This document shows positions 39,698-52,198 of a stretch of 64,000 bases of DNA, piece after piece. The position numbers and the translations under genes are program-made. The notes beneath the pieces were generated by a model. It searched no databases. It had not been told where the DNA came from and saw only the letters and a program-made list of their open reading frames with translations. Position 1 is the stretch's first letter. Every line of letters begins with the position of its first letter. The stretch spans positions 45,820,001-45,884,000 of the forward strand of contig NC_045707.1 in the NCBI RefSeq assembly GCF_009834535.1, written 5' to 3'. This DNA comes from Camelus ferus. Lineage: Eukaryota.

Positions 39698-41919
39698 AGT
39701 AGTGATTGCTTAGAATATGTAACTTTCTAGGCTTTAGGAATAATATTTAATAGCCAGGTATAAACTCTAAATTCCTATAGTCTTAAACATTCCTCTTTTG
39801 CTCTTACAATTATTAAATTTCTCTTTTATTCTGACATGCTACTTATAATTTTGAAAAAGGCATCATGGGCCATTCATTCATCCAGAGCTGCCTACACCAT
39901 CCAGTAGTACTGGGAAGAAATGAAGAGTCTTGCCTGGTATGTGACAGGGCACTTCAATTAGAGGTGGCCATCACACTGGTCAGCACAGTGTGGATTTGGC
40001 TGGTCTCTATTGAATGTGTCTTAAATAAACAAGTTTCCTTTTTGGCAATGGTAGCAGACATATGGAATGCAGAGTCTGGCAAAAGCTGTGTCAGACAGGG
40101 TCCTTAAGCTACTTAGCAGCTAATGTCTACTGTCACTGTCCTGGCTGAGGAAATGCCTTCCAACTGGAAAACAAAAGTCATCCTGCTGCCAAGGGACAAA
40201 CATGTTCATTATTTATTCTACCCAAAGAAAGGGCATGCTAATTATTTTGCTGGACAAAGAACTCTTGCATCTAAATTATTTAATCATTAAACTGGTATAA
40301 TTTTAAAAATGCTATAGATGATGTTTAACTGCTGTGCTTCGAATACATTTACAATTGAGAATGTTATTTGTGGTATGTAAATATATTCTGTGTAGTTCTG
40401 CTTGATGAAAAATCTAATGATTTTCGAGTGTTAAGTTAGCACTATAAATGTGAGTACTGATAGAAACAAGCTGTTGGGAGCTGGAATTTGGCCCAAGTCC
40501 ATTTGGTTTCCGGAGCTGTGTTGTGTGGTTTTCTGGATTGGAGTTTATACAAGCAATAAATTCTTATTTTATATTACGGTAATTAGTTGTAAAAGTTGTT
40601 CTTTAGTTGCTGGTGTAAGTAGTTGGTTCCTTTGGGCTGATGTGACTGTTTGGTGCTGATAAAGTTAGTTCCGGGTCCTAAGGCCTAAGGGCAGGATGTA
40701 TTAGCCCTTGTTGAGTGCAAGAAGAGTTGATTTGTCTAAAATACACCTTAGAAAAGGAATCTTTTTGTGTACTTTTAAATTATGTATTAGGTTGTTGTCC
40801 TTCACAGAAAGCATAAGAAATACTAATGGTTAATGTATGTGTTTAGGGGGCAGGTGTTGAATGGATCAAGGGAGAAATCAGGATCTTTTTTTATTTACTT
40901 GATCTGACCAGTAAACTCCTGAATGGAAAGCAGTTTGACAGAGAGGAGAAAGAAGGGAAAGCCTACTAAAGAGTCTGTTTTACCCAATCTTTGCTTTAAG
41001 GATTTAATTAAACCTCCTGCTTCTAAGAAGGAACAATCTTTGTTTTTGAATCCTCAGGCCTGTGGAATAGATTCCACTATTATTTTACTTATCCCCCAAG
41101 GGTAGACCTCAAGATACAATGAAATCCAGACAAATACCATCTCCAGTCCCACCCTTTCCAAATCCTCGGGAGTGATAGGGTGGGGTGGGGTGGACCTGTC
41201 TTAAAACATGGTATAAACAGTCTTTTTTTTTTTTTTTGGTATAAACAGTCTTATAGAGAAAAGTCAGTGATAAGGAATATGTGATGGGAAAAGTTTTTTT
41301 TTTTTTTTTGTAAAAATTATAAATTCTGGTGAATTTATGGGAAGGCTAGATAGAGGGAGGGGAGAGTTTAAGGTCCAGAGTTAAAACATTATGTTGATCC
41401 TGTGTGCCAAATACATTGCAAGAGGCTTTATGTGCAGTATCTAATTAAAGTCTCATAACCCACTTAACAGATGAGGAAAATCTAGCTGAAGGAAACACAG
41501 TAAATTAGGAGCAAGAGCTTGGATCCAGTATTCTCAGATTATCAAGAATGTACCATGCTGCACATGACAAAGAGACACTTCCAAAATAAAATTAGTTAAG
41601 ATCTGCTGGGAACTTTTAAAATAAATGAGTTTTGTTCATATAGCAGTATTGGAATAATTATAAGGGCTACTTAGATTTGCAATGCAATTTCCAGATAACC
41701 CCTTAGTATAATTGCTAAGTTTGGAGATCAAACCAAACTATTTAAGAGAAATATCACACAATCTGTTTTAAATTTAATTTCCTATCAAAGTAATAAGTAA
41801 GTTGGGTAGGAGGAAGTGGGTATTGGGAGTTTATATTGTTTTGGGGAAAAGAGTGACCGGGGAAAAATCTTTTTATCAAGTTATGTGTGTATGTCTATTT
41901 CTCCTCTGGCCTGTAATAG

Positions 41920-42071
41920 GATTTCCGGGACGCAGTAGCACATGCTTCCAGGCAACTTGGGAAACCAGTGATTGAGGACCGGATCCTAAATCAAATCCTG
42001 TACTACTTGCCTCAGCTGTATGAGCTCAATCGGGATCTCCTGAAGGAACTGGAGGAAAGAATGTTAAACTG
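41920..42071 (+). CDS. FGD6: FGD6 DH exon (DFRDAVAHASRQLGKPVIEDRILNQILYYLPQLYELNRDLLKELEERMLN-W), 152 nt, phase 0 to 2
   Basis: Acceptor ctgtaatag|G; donor TG|gtaaaa; open frame. Confidence 0.96.
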
Positions 42072-43239
42072 GTAAAAATGAACTAACCAGCTTTCCTAGA
42101 GTTTCCAATTTTAGATGAAGCTATGAGGGTCCTGCATGTGACAGAGAAGTGTTCCTTACATTGAGTTTTTCATTATGTTGAATTTTCTTAGCAGTTACCT
42201 GTAGATTGAATTTCACATGGCCAAAATTCACTGGTGCACTGAGCTCAACACTATGAATTTTTAAATTCTTTGATAATGTTGCTTCAAAAGCAAGAAGGGC
42301 CTGTATTCAACCAATTTAACTTTCTTTGTGGCCTTTGGTAATCAAGATGTTTGAGGTTAGGAGAGAAGTTTAGTTGATATTTTCACATTGGGAACATTTT
42401 CAAATGTCTCCTCTGTCTTTCTGGGGCTTCAAGTCATGAAACTCTTTGTGTTCTGGAAAGGAGGCCATTCACTGAGTTAATAGGAAGATTTGTTTGATTT
42501 AGGAAATTTCCATATACATGATATCTTTATAAATGCTATAGATTTCAGAAAAGGAGAAGAATTAACTACTTCCATTGGGCTTCAGACAGTAACAGAAACT
42601 TTGGTGACATCTTTGGAAATGTGTAGAAAGTTTGGTTGTAGGAGACTGAATTTATTGTTGAAGTCTATGGGGAACTCAAAATTATTAGAATAACAAAACG
42701 ATATCACCTACTTTTATGATAAATATTTACCTCTAAGGTTTCCTCATGTGCAATCTGGGAAAATACCTCTGCCTGTTTTAGAAATATCTTGCTTCTACAT
42801 GTTAGGAAAATATGCTAAATAGTGATTAATTCTTAGCTGCAGCCTAAGTATAAAATAACACAGAGTTTAAGGACTGAGGAATGACTAAAAGCTAATTTTA
42901 AAGTCATGATAGAAATAAAATGTAATTACAGGTAGTCTTCTTGTACATACTTCCTCATTCTTCTTATAAAAAATTATCCTAAAATTTCATCTGAATTGGC
43001 TTAAGACTCTGGCTGTAAAGAAGAATGAGATGGTTGGAAACGGGGAGCAGTCAGAGGGCTGGCAGAGTCCAGGCAGGCTGTGATGGTGGCAAAGGAAATG
43101 GTGATGAGTGGGTTTGGGATATGTCTTAGAAGAAGAGGAAAAAAAGATAAGCTGATAGCTTGGAGATGGGACTCTGTTCACCACTGGATTTATTTTGGAT
43201 ACTGACTCTTTTTTAATATTTTTGTCTCTCTGTCCTCAG

Positions 43240-43396
43240 GACTGAACAACAAAGAATTGCTGATATCTTTGTAAAGAAGGGACCGTATCTAAAAATGTAT
43301 TCCACATACATCAAAGAATTTGATAAGAATATAGCTTTGCTGGATGAGCAGTGCAAGAAAAACCCAGGTTTTGCTGCTGTTGTTAGAGAATTTGAG
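43240..43396 (+). CDS. FGD6: FGD6 DH exon (TEQQRIADIFVKKGPYLKMYSTYIKEFDKNIALLDEQCKKNPGFAAVVREFE), 157 nt, phase 2 to 0
   Basis: Polypyrimidine tract plus ctcag|G; donor GAG|gtatct; overlaps ORF 43295..43495. Confidence 0.97.
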
Positions 43397-44183
43397 GTAT
43401 CTTTGCTGCCATTTCTCTGTTTTGAAACTAAAAACATCAGTGAATTCCAATCATGCCAAATTAGAAAAGCTTTGGAAATGTTAAGATACTGCTGATTTCT
43501 AATTTGTACAGTAGACAAATAACCAAACTTTAAAATCATTTGTAGTCTTTTCTTCCTCCTTTTCCTTTCTTCTGAAGTCATGCAGTTAAGAAGGGAAGTG
43601 TGATTATATATAGCTGTGGCTACTGATAATTGACCAAGGTTTTCATCAGTGTCCAGTGAGTTGTTCTATTGCCTTGGCAGCAAAAGAAAACATAAGACTG
43701 GGGAAAGTTAGCTGTCTTGGTTAATGATGCTTATGTGATAGATGCTTTCTTAATGTGCATTATCATTGTAATTTCGTAATTATTCTGAATACCAGAACCT
43801 GGAGGTACCTATTTTAGAAAAAAATAAAACCATCTCAGCAACTTTGAAAAAACTCTTCCCCTCCCACCTGAGCTGTGTAAGACTCTGGGGACATCTTAGG
43901 ATACAGGGACATTTTCACTGGGCCATTTTGATGCCACCTCACAGTAAATACTTGTGTGTGAGATTGGAGGTGAGGCTCAGGAATGGGCACAAGTATCTGT
44001 TGTGCATATTAAGGAAAAGAGCTTTAAGGGCAGAATCAAATATCCTAGTGGTCAAGTCGGAAGGGTTCCAGAATCAAATGTTCCTATGTACAGTGTGATT
44101 GGGGGGCTGTCTTTTGTAGCCATTCATTTGAGAAAGAAGTTTACATTCTTCTGGCATATAAGTCTGCTTTTCAGGTTGTCTTT

Positions 44184-44326
44184 TTTATTTTTTTTCCCTC
44201 TTTTTTAACTGAGGTATGTAATTAGGTTTATTTAATTTTTTTTTTTTAAATGGAGGCACTGGGGATTGAACCCAGGACCTCATGATGCTAAGCACACACT
44301 CTACCACTGAGCTATACCCTTGCCCC
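44184..44326 (-). mobile_element. tRNA-derived SINE (Vic-1-like), long tail
   Basis: Head plus aaataaacctaatta tail; perfect 17-bp TSD cttttcaggttgtcttt at 44167-44183 and 44327-44343. Confidence 0.92.
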
Positions 44327-44480
44327 CTTTTCAGGTTGTCTTTAATTTCTGCAGTTTTCCCCACTACCACCTGCTGTTATTATCAATGTATTGATGATAG
44401 GCTCTGATGATTATTTGAATCCAATTCCCAGTAGTTTTATTTCTGCCACCTTTTTTGGGGGGGTCATGCATTTCCTTCTC

Positions 44481-44498
44481 GGTTGGTTGGTTGGTTGG
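44481..44498. repeat. (GGTT)4GG simple repeat
   Basis: Read directly. Confidence 0.9.
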
Positions 44499-44863
44499 AT
44501 TGGTTTGTGTTCATGAACACATTGGCAGATGTTCTTCTAAGTGGCAGCGACTGTGGAGGGTGGGCTCTGATTGGCCTAGAATGCAGACTGCAGCCACCAC
44601 TGCTGACCAGAGGGCTGTGAACAAGCTTTCCCCATGAGTCAGTGATTTCAGAGACCTACCTAACAGGAGAAAGTGAGCTAAGTGGTGAACCTGCTGTAGT
44701 TTCCCACTCAGCATAGGAGCTGTGCTTAAAACAAAAGGAGCTTCTCCATGAATTCCCCTCCAAAGTTACTAGCTATTTAATTTGGCTTCCTAAGCTTTCG
44801 ATTCTGGGTCTTTTGCTTCTTAGGAAAATGCCTGTGTTTACTTTGGATGCCTTTGCCTTTCAG

Positions 44864-44951
44864 ATGAGCCCCCGCTGTGCTAACCTGGCCCTCAAGCACT
44901 ACCTGCTCAAACCGGTTCAGAGGATCCCCCAGTACAGGCTGCTGCTAACAG
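44864..44951 (+). CDS. FGD6: FGD6 DH exon (MSPRCANLALKHYLLKPVQRIPQYRLLLT-D), 88 nt, phase 0 to 1
   Basis: Acceptor cctttcag|A; donor CAG|gtgggc; LLKPVQRIPQYRLLL is the DH conserved region 3 signature. Confidence 0.97.
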
Positions 44952-45918
44952 GTGGGCTTTTCTGGCACATCACCAACCAGGCAACTCCCGTCCCAGAGTT
45001 TCTTGGGAAACTCTGCCTTTCCTAAGAACACCTCTCTTTTTCTATCCATCCAGTAGCCACTTTCCCTAGCATGTGGATTTATAGATTGCTCACAGCCTCA
45101 CCTAGGGGTTGCCTGGACTGAACTTCTTCCAGTTCTTTGATCATCCATGTGCATTCATACACGATCATTCCTTTTGCTTGGAACTTCTTTTACCATCCCA
45201 ACCCCACAACCCTGTGTCATTTCACCTAGTTAATATTGTTAATCCCAAGAAGGTACTTCCCCAGCCACTCATGAATGAAGTTTACAGGGTCACTCCCATA
45301 TATTCGCATATCAGATGCCATGGCCCCAGTCATTTACTTCAGATAGCTGTTAATAAGGATTGGTTAATGAGACTACGTGCTTGGAATAGTGCTTTGGTCC
45401 TAGTAGGTTCTAAATAAGTATTAGCTGCTATTAGTAGTAGTATCAGTATCCTTCTTATCATCATCATCATCGTAATTATATCTGGTCATTGTCTCTATCT
45501 TGTATTAGACTGTGAGCTTCACTATTACAGGGCTGTGTGTCTAGTTTACCACTGCAACAGTAAAAAGAGAAAAAGAAAGCTATGATTTAAATGAAGGCAC
45601 CACTGTGCTAAGGACTTTTTTTCATTGGCTCTTTAAATCTTCACCATAGCCATGCATATATCATAGTATTGTTTACATAGATGAAAAGCAGACTTATAGT
45701 GATGATGTGGTTTGGCATCACAAAAAAACCTAGCGTAATCTCAGTACTAAGCATAGTACCAGCACATACTGCTAGGTCCTCTGTGGTATTTGCCAAAGTG
45801 TGTTGGATGTGCAATGACTTAATATACATATTTAGTGTATATGCATTAAGAATTGTGTCCAAATGGATAAGAATATTCAAATGCCACCACAACTCTAAAT
45901 TCAGTCACTTGTAATTTT

Positions 45919-46155
45919 TTTTTAAATTGAGCATCAGTCAATTTACAATGTGTTTGTTTCTGGTGTACAGCTTAGTGATTCAGGTTTATATATATATATA
46001 TCTTTTTATATTCTTTCTTATTATAGGCCATTGCAAGGTGTTGAGTATAGTTCCCTATGCAATACAGTAGGACCTTGTTGTTTATTTTATATATAATTGT
46101 TAGTATCTACAAGTCCTGAACTCCCAATTTATACCTCCACTCCCGCTCTCCCTCC
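45919..46155 (-). mobile_element. L1 3' end
   Basis: tctggtgtacagcttagtgattca...tagttccctatgcaatacagtaggacc; 18-bp TSD with 2 mismatches at 45901-45918 and 46156-46173. Confidence 0.85.
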
Positions 46156-49100
46156 TCAATCAGTTGTAATTTTATGTAAATAGATTTGAGGTACACTTGG
46201 TTCCTATTAGTGTTCTTAAGAAATGGCATGCATGCTTTTATCCTTAATCACCGTCACCTAAGCCAGCAGCTATATTGAATGAGGTGGGTGACTCCTAGAA
46301 AGCCAGGATTTCCCCATTTCCCTTTAGGCAAATCTTCATACCTTCCAGGCTTGCCGTGTGAACTGCTGATGAGGAAGGCCTGCCTTTGAGACCCAGGACT
46401 GCCTACCTTAGCTGTTTCTCCTTAATTTGAATTTCTAACTGTGAATCAGGCATTAGATTTCTCTCTGGAGTGACATAAGGCAAACCAAATAATTTAAGGA
46501 TATCCTGTCCATCTGTACTTTCTTTCCTCTGCGTTTGGCACAGATTTAGAATACACAGAACAAAAGGAAGTACCCATGCATGTGTTGTGTTTTTACTAAA
46601 CAAATTCTATGCTGTATCATAAACGAGCTATTAAATGGCTTAGGCTATTTCTACAGCTGTTGAATGTAAAGTACTGTTTTTAGTGGCAAAAGACACTTTC
46701 AAATAGGAGAAGGATGGAGCAAGGTTTTAAAATTTTCATGTAAAAATATTTTTCCCCCACACTCTGACTGATCTAAGTAAGAGTTACACATGGGTTTAAT
46801 GTAGGTTTCATGCCACATTTGTTTGATTAACGGTGAAATAGCAACAGCAAGTTTTTAAAAGTCTCTTTAAGAGACAGATTTCATTTGTTTTATAACCAAC
46901 ATAATGTGAGCTTGGGGTTATTTTTAGTTTTGAGCTGTCTCTTCTTTAATTTTAAAGCCCTTCCCCCACCCCTGTCTTAACTTAGAAAATCTCCATTGTC
47001 TAAATGATGTACACTACTTTATATATAGTAGACCCTCGGTAATTGTGGATTCATTGAAGGGTAAAGGTCATAAGTGGCTTGTTCAAGGTTGCAAAGTCAG
47101 GACTAAAGTTAAAGAAAGAATATAGTCTTTGTAAAGAAATAACAAGCTTCATATTCTTCATTCTATGCCTTTTATTCTGTTGATTCAAATTCTTCCGTTC
47201 CTCCAAGCCTGACCTGGAGTCCTCCATTCCCTCTGAAGCCATCTCTGCCCCAATTCTCCTTGACCCTTATTACCAGTGCAAAGTGATTTGGTAAATATTT
47301 TTTGATACCTTGTAAATTTGCTAATATTTGTATGATTTGAATATTGATTCATTAATTTGATTATAAAAACTCCTTGGGGTCAAGGAGTGAGTCTTTTATT
47401 AGTAATTTAGTGCACCCCAACATATCTGGGTCAGATTGGGAGACCTTGGAAGCTGTTGAGGAAATAGTTTTGGTTGGTATTAAACTATGTTTAAAACATC
47501 CCTTTAACCAAAATGTCTTTAGCCTAAAGGACAACATTGAGACAGAGAATTTCAGGGATATTCTCAGAGAGGTGAGTTGCCCTGCCCCAGGCAACACAAA
47601 TAGTATTAGTTGAAGCACCTGTGATCGTATAATCCTGAGGACACATGGGAGTTGGTACCAAGGGTTTGTTTTATATGGATTTTTATTTAAAATTTTGATT
47701 TTCCTATACTTGTTATGTTCTGATTGCTTTCTACTTTGCAAGATATTTCTACCTTCGTTATCAGAGTGCTCCCTCTGTGCACTTAGATCTTTAGAAGTTA
47801 TACTTTAAGTCTTAAGTTTGTATCTATTCTAACATGTGTATTAACTGGATCTTCATCTTTAGATAAACAAGCTCAGTGACTTAATCCTCCAAACAACCTT
47901 GTGAGGAAAGTACTTTTATTTCCATTTTAGAATTTGGAGTAATTCCAGGGGCACAGAGTACACAGGAGCAGAGAGAAGGAGTGAAACTATCTGAGACAAC
48001 TCTTGACAACTTTGACTTATTAATGAGTTTCAGGTAGAGAAAGGGAAGGATTCCCACCTGAGTCATTGTAAGTAGATTTCTACCCACCTTGGTTTCTTGT
48101 TAAGGGAAGATTGAGAAATGCAGGGGTAAAGCATGGATAACGATAGGATAGTTTTTTTTAGAATCTTTTAGAGAAAGGTGACTGGAAATCCCCAGATACC
48201 AGCAGTCCTGTCCCTACTATTCAAACAACCATCCTATTGTCTTGCAATGTTTTCTTCAGGACATAATTTCGGTTTCCATTGGGTATATTCCTTAGGCTAT
48301 TTCTTCTTCATTGTAGTAAAAAATTTCTAACTAAATTCTTGGTAATATTTTTTTAAGCTCAACTCAAAATAGGATCAGAGAAAATGTGTATGTTATATAA
48401 GGAAATGCTGAAGACTGGAATTGTTTAAAAATATGGTAAAATAGTGATTTACTCATTTTAAGCAGAACTTGTACATGTTACCTTTATTTTGTCTGCTCAA
48501 GACCAGTGGATCTAGCCAGATTTTTATGTCTGTGTGGTGCCCGGACCCTATTTGGAGTTACGAGAAATGGGAATCTTGAGGCAGCAGCTAGGAAGCAACA
48601 GAAGAAAACAGTCCCAATACCTGTTCCTGAGGACTCGAGGAAACAGCCCTGTGGTCTCCTCCGTTATCCTCGGTGTTAAGAGCAACTGTTGGTCTGATTA
48701 ATGACCATATGTCCTGCTACACTTTAAGTAGTTGTAATATTAGCCATCTCAACAATAATAGCTATTCATTATTATTTTAAAAAACCACACACACATGTGC
48801 TGCTGTTGGAGCAGCATTAATTTGTTACCCACTATTTCTTTCCTTCCTCCTCCATCTGTTCAGGGTAGAGGCTATCTTTTTTATCCCAACTCAGAGCCTG
48901 TGTAGATTCTGACACATAGCAGAGACTAGTAAACTGAAAGGCTTGGGGAAGTAGACATTGTTCATTTTTATGAGAGTGAGAATCCCTATGCAGTAGTGCC
49001 AGTTAATGTGTGCTGGATGAATTGATCAATAAATTGCTTTTAAGGGTAAAAACACTCTTCCAGTTTCCCAGAAACAAAGCTGGAAAGGACTGAAATACTC

Positions 49101-49279
49101 CCCTTTCCTTGTCTTTCCTCTATCACGGGCTCTGCTGACTAGTTTTCCTCTGCCTCTGCTTCCTGCTTTTTCCAATTTCCCTTGTTATGCTCCAGGCCCG
49201 GCCCTTTCCAAACTCATGCCAAGTTGTGGCAGTATCTTCTTCCTGGTCATGCTGCCCTTATCACTCCCCGTCTAGGAAC

Positions 49280-50284
49280 ACAGCAGGCAAAACACACTCC
49301 CATGTCTCCCCTTTGCTCTCACACTACCACACTCAACACTTCTGACACCATATAAAAGGGTTTTTTTCTTACACCAAGCGATTGTGTTCAACATCAGCGA
49401 GGTGTCCTATAATTTAATTCAATTCTGACACTATCTACCCAGAGACCTTGGGCTCAGTCCCCAAGACTGACCCTTCCAAACTTCAGGTGCCATTCACATG
49501 TCCCAGGCTGTATCCTGTATTCTTGACCGACCATCTGTAAATCTGGGTTTCCATGACTTTCTCCTAGGGTTTGCAGATTTGCTAGAATGGCTCAAAGAAT
49601 TCAGGAAATCACCTATTTAAGTTCACTGGTTTATTATAAAAGGATACAATAAAGGATTCAGATGAACATTCATATGGAAGACATACACAGGGCAACGTAT
49701 GTGGGATGGAACTCCCATGCCCTCTGTGGGTCCACCAGTGCCCTAAAAGCTCCCCAAACCCTATACTTTGGTATTTTTCTGGAGGTTTCATCACATGGGC
49801 ATGATCGTCATTAATTCCACTCTCTAGCCCCTCTCTTCTTCCTGGAAGATGGAGAATGGGGCTGAAAGTTTCAAGCCTTTAACCATGGCTTGGTCTTTCT
49901 GGTGACCAGTCCCCATCTAGGAGCCCACACGAGTCACCTCATTAGAACAGACATTAGTATCACCTAGGAAATTCCAAGGGAGCTTTGTGTCAGAACTAGG
50001 TTCAAAGATCAGGTATTAGAACAAAAGATGCTCGTAGTGCTCTTCTCACTTAGAAAATTACGAGATTTGGGGAGCTCTGTGCCAGAAACCTGGAGCAGAG
50101 ACCAATACAGTCGGCCCTCAGTACCCACAAATTTGGAACCCATGGATAGATAGGTCCGACTGTACTGCACTATTTTATATAAGTGATTTGAGCATCCACA
50201 GATTTTGGTATCCGAGGGGTGTCCTCGAACTAATCCCCCACAGATACTGAGGATGGCTGTATATATATTTTCTATCATTTCACA
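49280..50284 (-). mobile_element. MER21(C)-like solo LTR interrupted by a Tigger MITE
   Basis: Minus strand starts tgtgaaatgatagaaaatatata[insert]ttggtctctgctccaggtttctggcacagagctcc; contains aattcaattctgacactatctacc. Confidence 0.82.
50108..50259 (-). mobile_element. MER2-like (Tigger/TcMar) short MITE with TA target duplication
   Basis: TIRs cagtcggccctcagta... and ...tactgaggatggctg, flanked by TA at 50106-50107 and 50260-50261. Confidence 0.85.
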
Positions 50285-50344
50285 GACATGGTTTTATTCT
50301 GCTTATTAAGAAGGTTGAAAACTTATTTATCCTACCCTAATGAA

Positions 50345-50610
50345 TATATGTCAATACACATTTATCCAAACTCATAGACTGTACAACACTATGAATAAAC
50401 CCTAAGGTAAGCTATGGATTCTGAGTGATTATGACGTGTCAATGTAGGTTCATCCACTGCAACAAAGGTACCACTCTGACGGAGGATGTTGATGATGGGG
50501 TAGACTACACTTGTGTAGGGGCAGGAGATATATGGGAGATCTCCTTCCTTTTCTCTCAATTTTGCTGTAAATGTAAAACTACTCTAAAGAAATTAAATCT
50601 TTAGAAAACA
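50345..50610 (+). mobile_element. L1MC1-like 3' end
   Basis: tgtcaatgtaggttcatc...accactctg...ggatgttgatgatggg...tatatgggagatctc. Confidence 0.8.
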
Positions 50611-51924
50611 ACAAAAAATTTACAGTATAAAGACCACAATTATAAAACTGTTCATTATAAACAAAGAATTGCCCAGACCTTATTTTCTTTGCTCTAGCTG
50701 CATTCAGTTTCTTACTCTCTCTTGAAACCTGTCCTTCAGGGCCAGATTTCTCTGTTAATCAATTACTTACTCATTCACCCTGTATTGATACGGGCTGGCC
50801 CTGAGCTAGGCACCTGTGTGCACTGGCAAACAGCACAAGGGTGTTCCCTGCCCTGATGGGAGCACACCGTCCTGTTCTTTGGGACCACACCCAACCCCTC
50901 AGGGTCCCTCCCAGCTCTTCCTCTTCTCAATTCCTAAAACTTATATTGATCTGGCTACTTGTTTGAGTAAGAATATTCTGAGGATTTATTTTTGTAAGGA
51001 TCACTTCTTTTCTTTGAAGGGCTCTTTTGTGCTATGAAAAATATGTTAAGTATTATAAAAAAACAAAACAAAAACAACAAAGCCCCTCTTCATCTTCTGC
51101 CACCCAGAGATGACTATCATATATCATTTAGGGTTGGGGTTTTTTGTTTTTTCTTTAATGATCTCTATTTGTGTTGTATGTGATATAAATGGTTCAATAA
51201 AAGACCTTTTATTTGTGGAAAGTTACTACATTGGTGTTGAAACAAGTTGAATCAGTGGGGATCATGGTGGGGAAAATAGAATGAAAAATATAATTTAAAA
51301 ATTCCTCTGAAATATCTTTTCCCCTTCTATATTTAGGGGGGGAGAAACAGTCCTTTGAACTTTGATTAAATTTGGATCAGGTATTTTCTTTGATCTTGTT
51401 CAAAATATTTATGTTATATTATAAATGACTTTTAACAACATATTATATTACTTTTCCTATAATGATTGCCTGTAGCCTGGGATGGTATTAACTCCCTCTA
51501 GGTTTTAGAAATCCAGGATTTCCCATGTTGGTAGAAAGTGGGATATTAAAAACATCTGTTATAGTGTTCTGAAGCTATAAATTTCAGTTATGAGCAGGCT
51601 AATACAAATTTGACAAAAGATCAGAATCAAATTAATGCATGACTTTTTAAAATCCCTTGCTGAAAATTGAAACTCATGCTTAGCAAGTGTTTATTTTAAA
51701 ATCATGGGCTAATTGTCCACATCAAAAGTCATTCTAACACTTTCTCTAGGACAGAATCTGATGAAAGGTGGGAGCTGTCCTGGACACCAGCCAAAGAATT
51801 TAGTTTCTGAGGAACCCAAAGGCCCTGATATAAGACAGTTCCATCCATGTGAAATGGGAGGGTGAGAACATTCAGAATTCCCATTGTAATTAGCTCAGCT
51901 CTTGTTCTGTTGCAATTCTTTTTT

Positions 51925-52017
51925 TTTTTTTTTTAATGAAGGTACTGGGGGTTGAACCCAGGACCTCATACATGCTAAACGTGTGCTCTACAACTGAGCT
52001 ATAACTCACGCCGCCCC
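51925..52017 (-). mobile_element. tRNA-derived SINE (Vic-1-like), short tail
   Basis: Head on minus strand with poly(A); degenerate TSD tgca(a/t)ttc at 51911 and 52018. Confidence 0.88.
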
Positions 52018-52198
52018 TGCATTTCATTTTTAATTGTAGTTGTGAACAAGGTATTTTGAGAGATGGTATATAGTAAATTATGTCCATCAAGTATTTTAAT
52101 ACTATGGAAAGACTTCAGGATATGAGAGGCAAGCTCATTTTATCTGCCTGGTGTATTAAATTACTGCTTTTAAATGTAATCTCACTCTCTCTATAAAA

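Noticed and set aside
43397..44863. Possible U12-type intron (donor GTATCTTT resembles GTATCCTT)
   Set aside because: Mismatch at +6, no TCCTTAAC-like branch site near the acceptor, and an ordinary pyrimidine tract; most likely U2-type
47361..47741. Overlapping 126-aa (-) and 79-aa (+) ORFs with a gtgagt donor near 47572
   Set aside because: No recognisable homology, no convincing acceptor and non-ATG starts; cannot be supported as an exon or retrogene without alignment data
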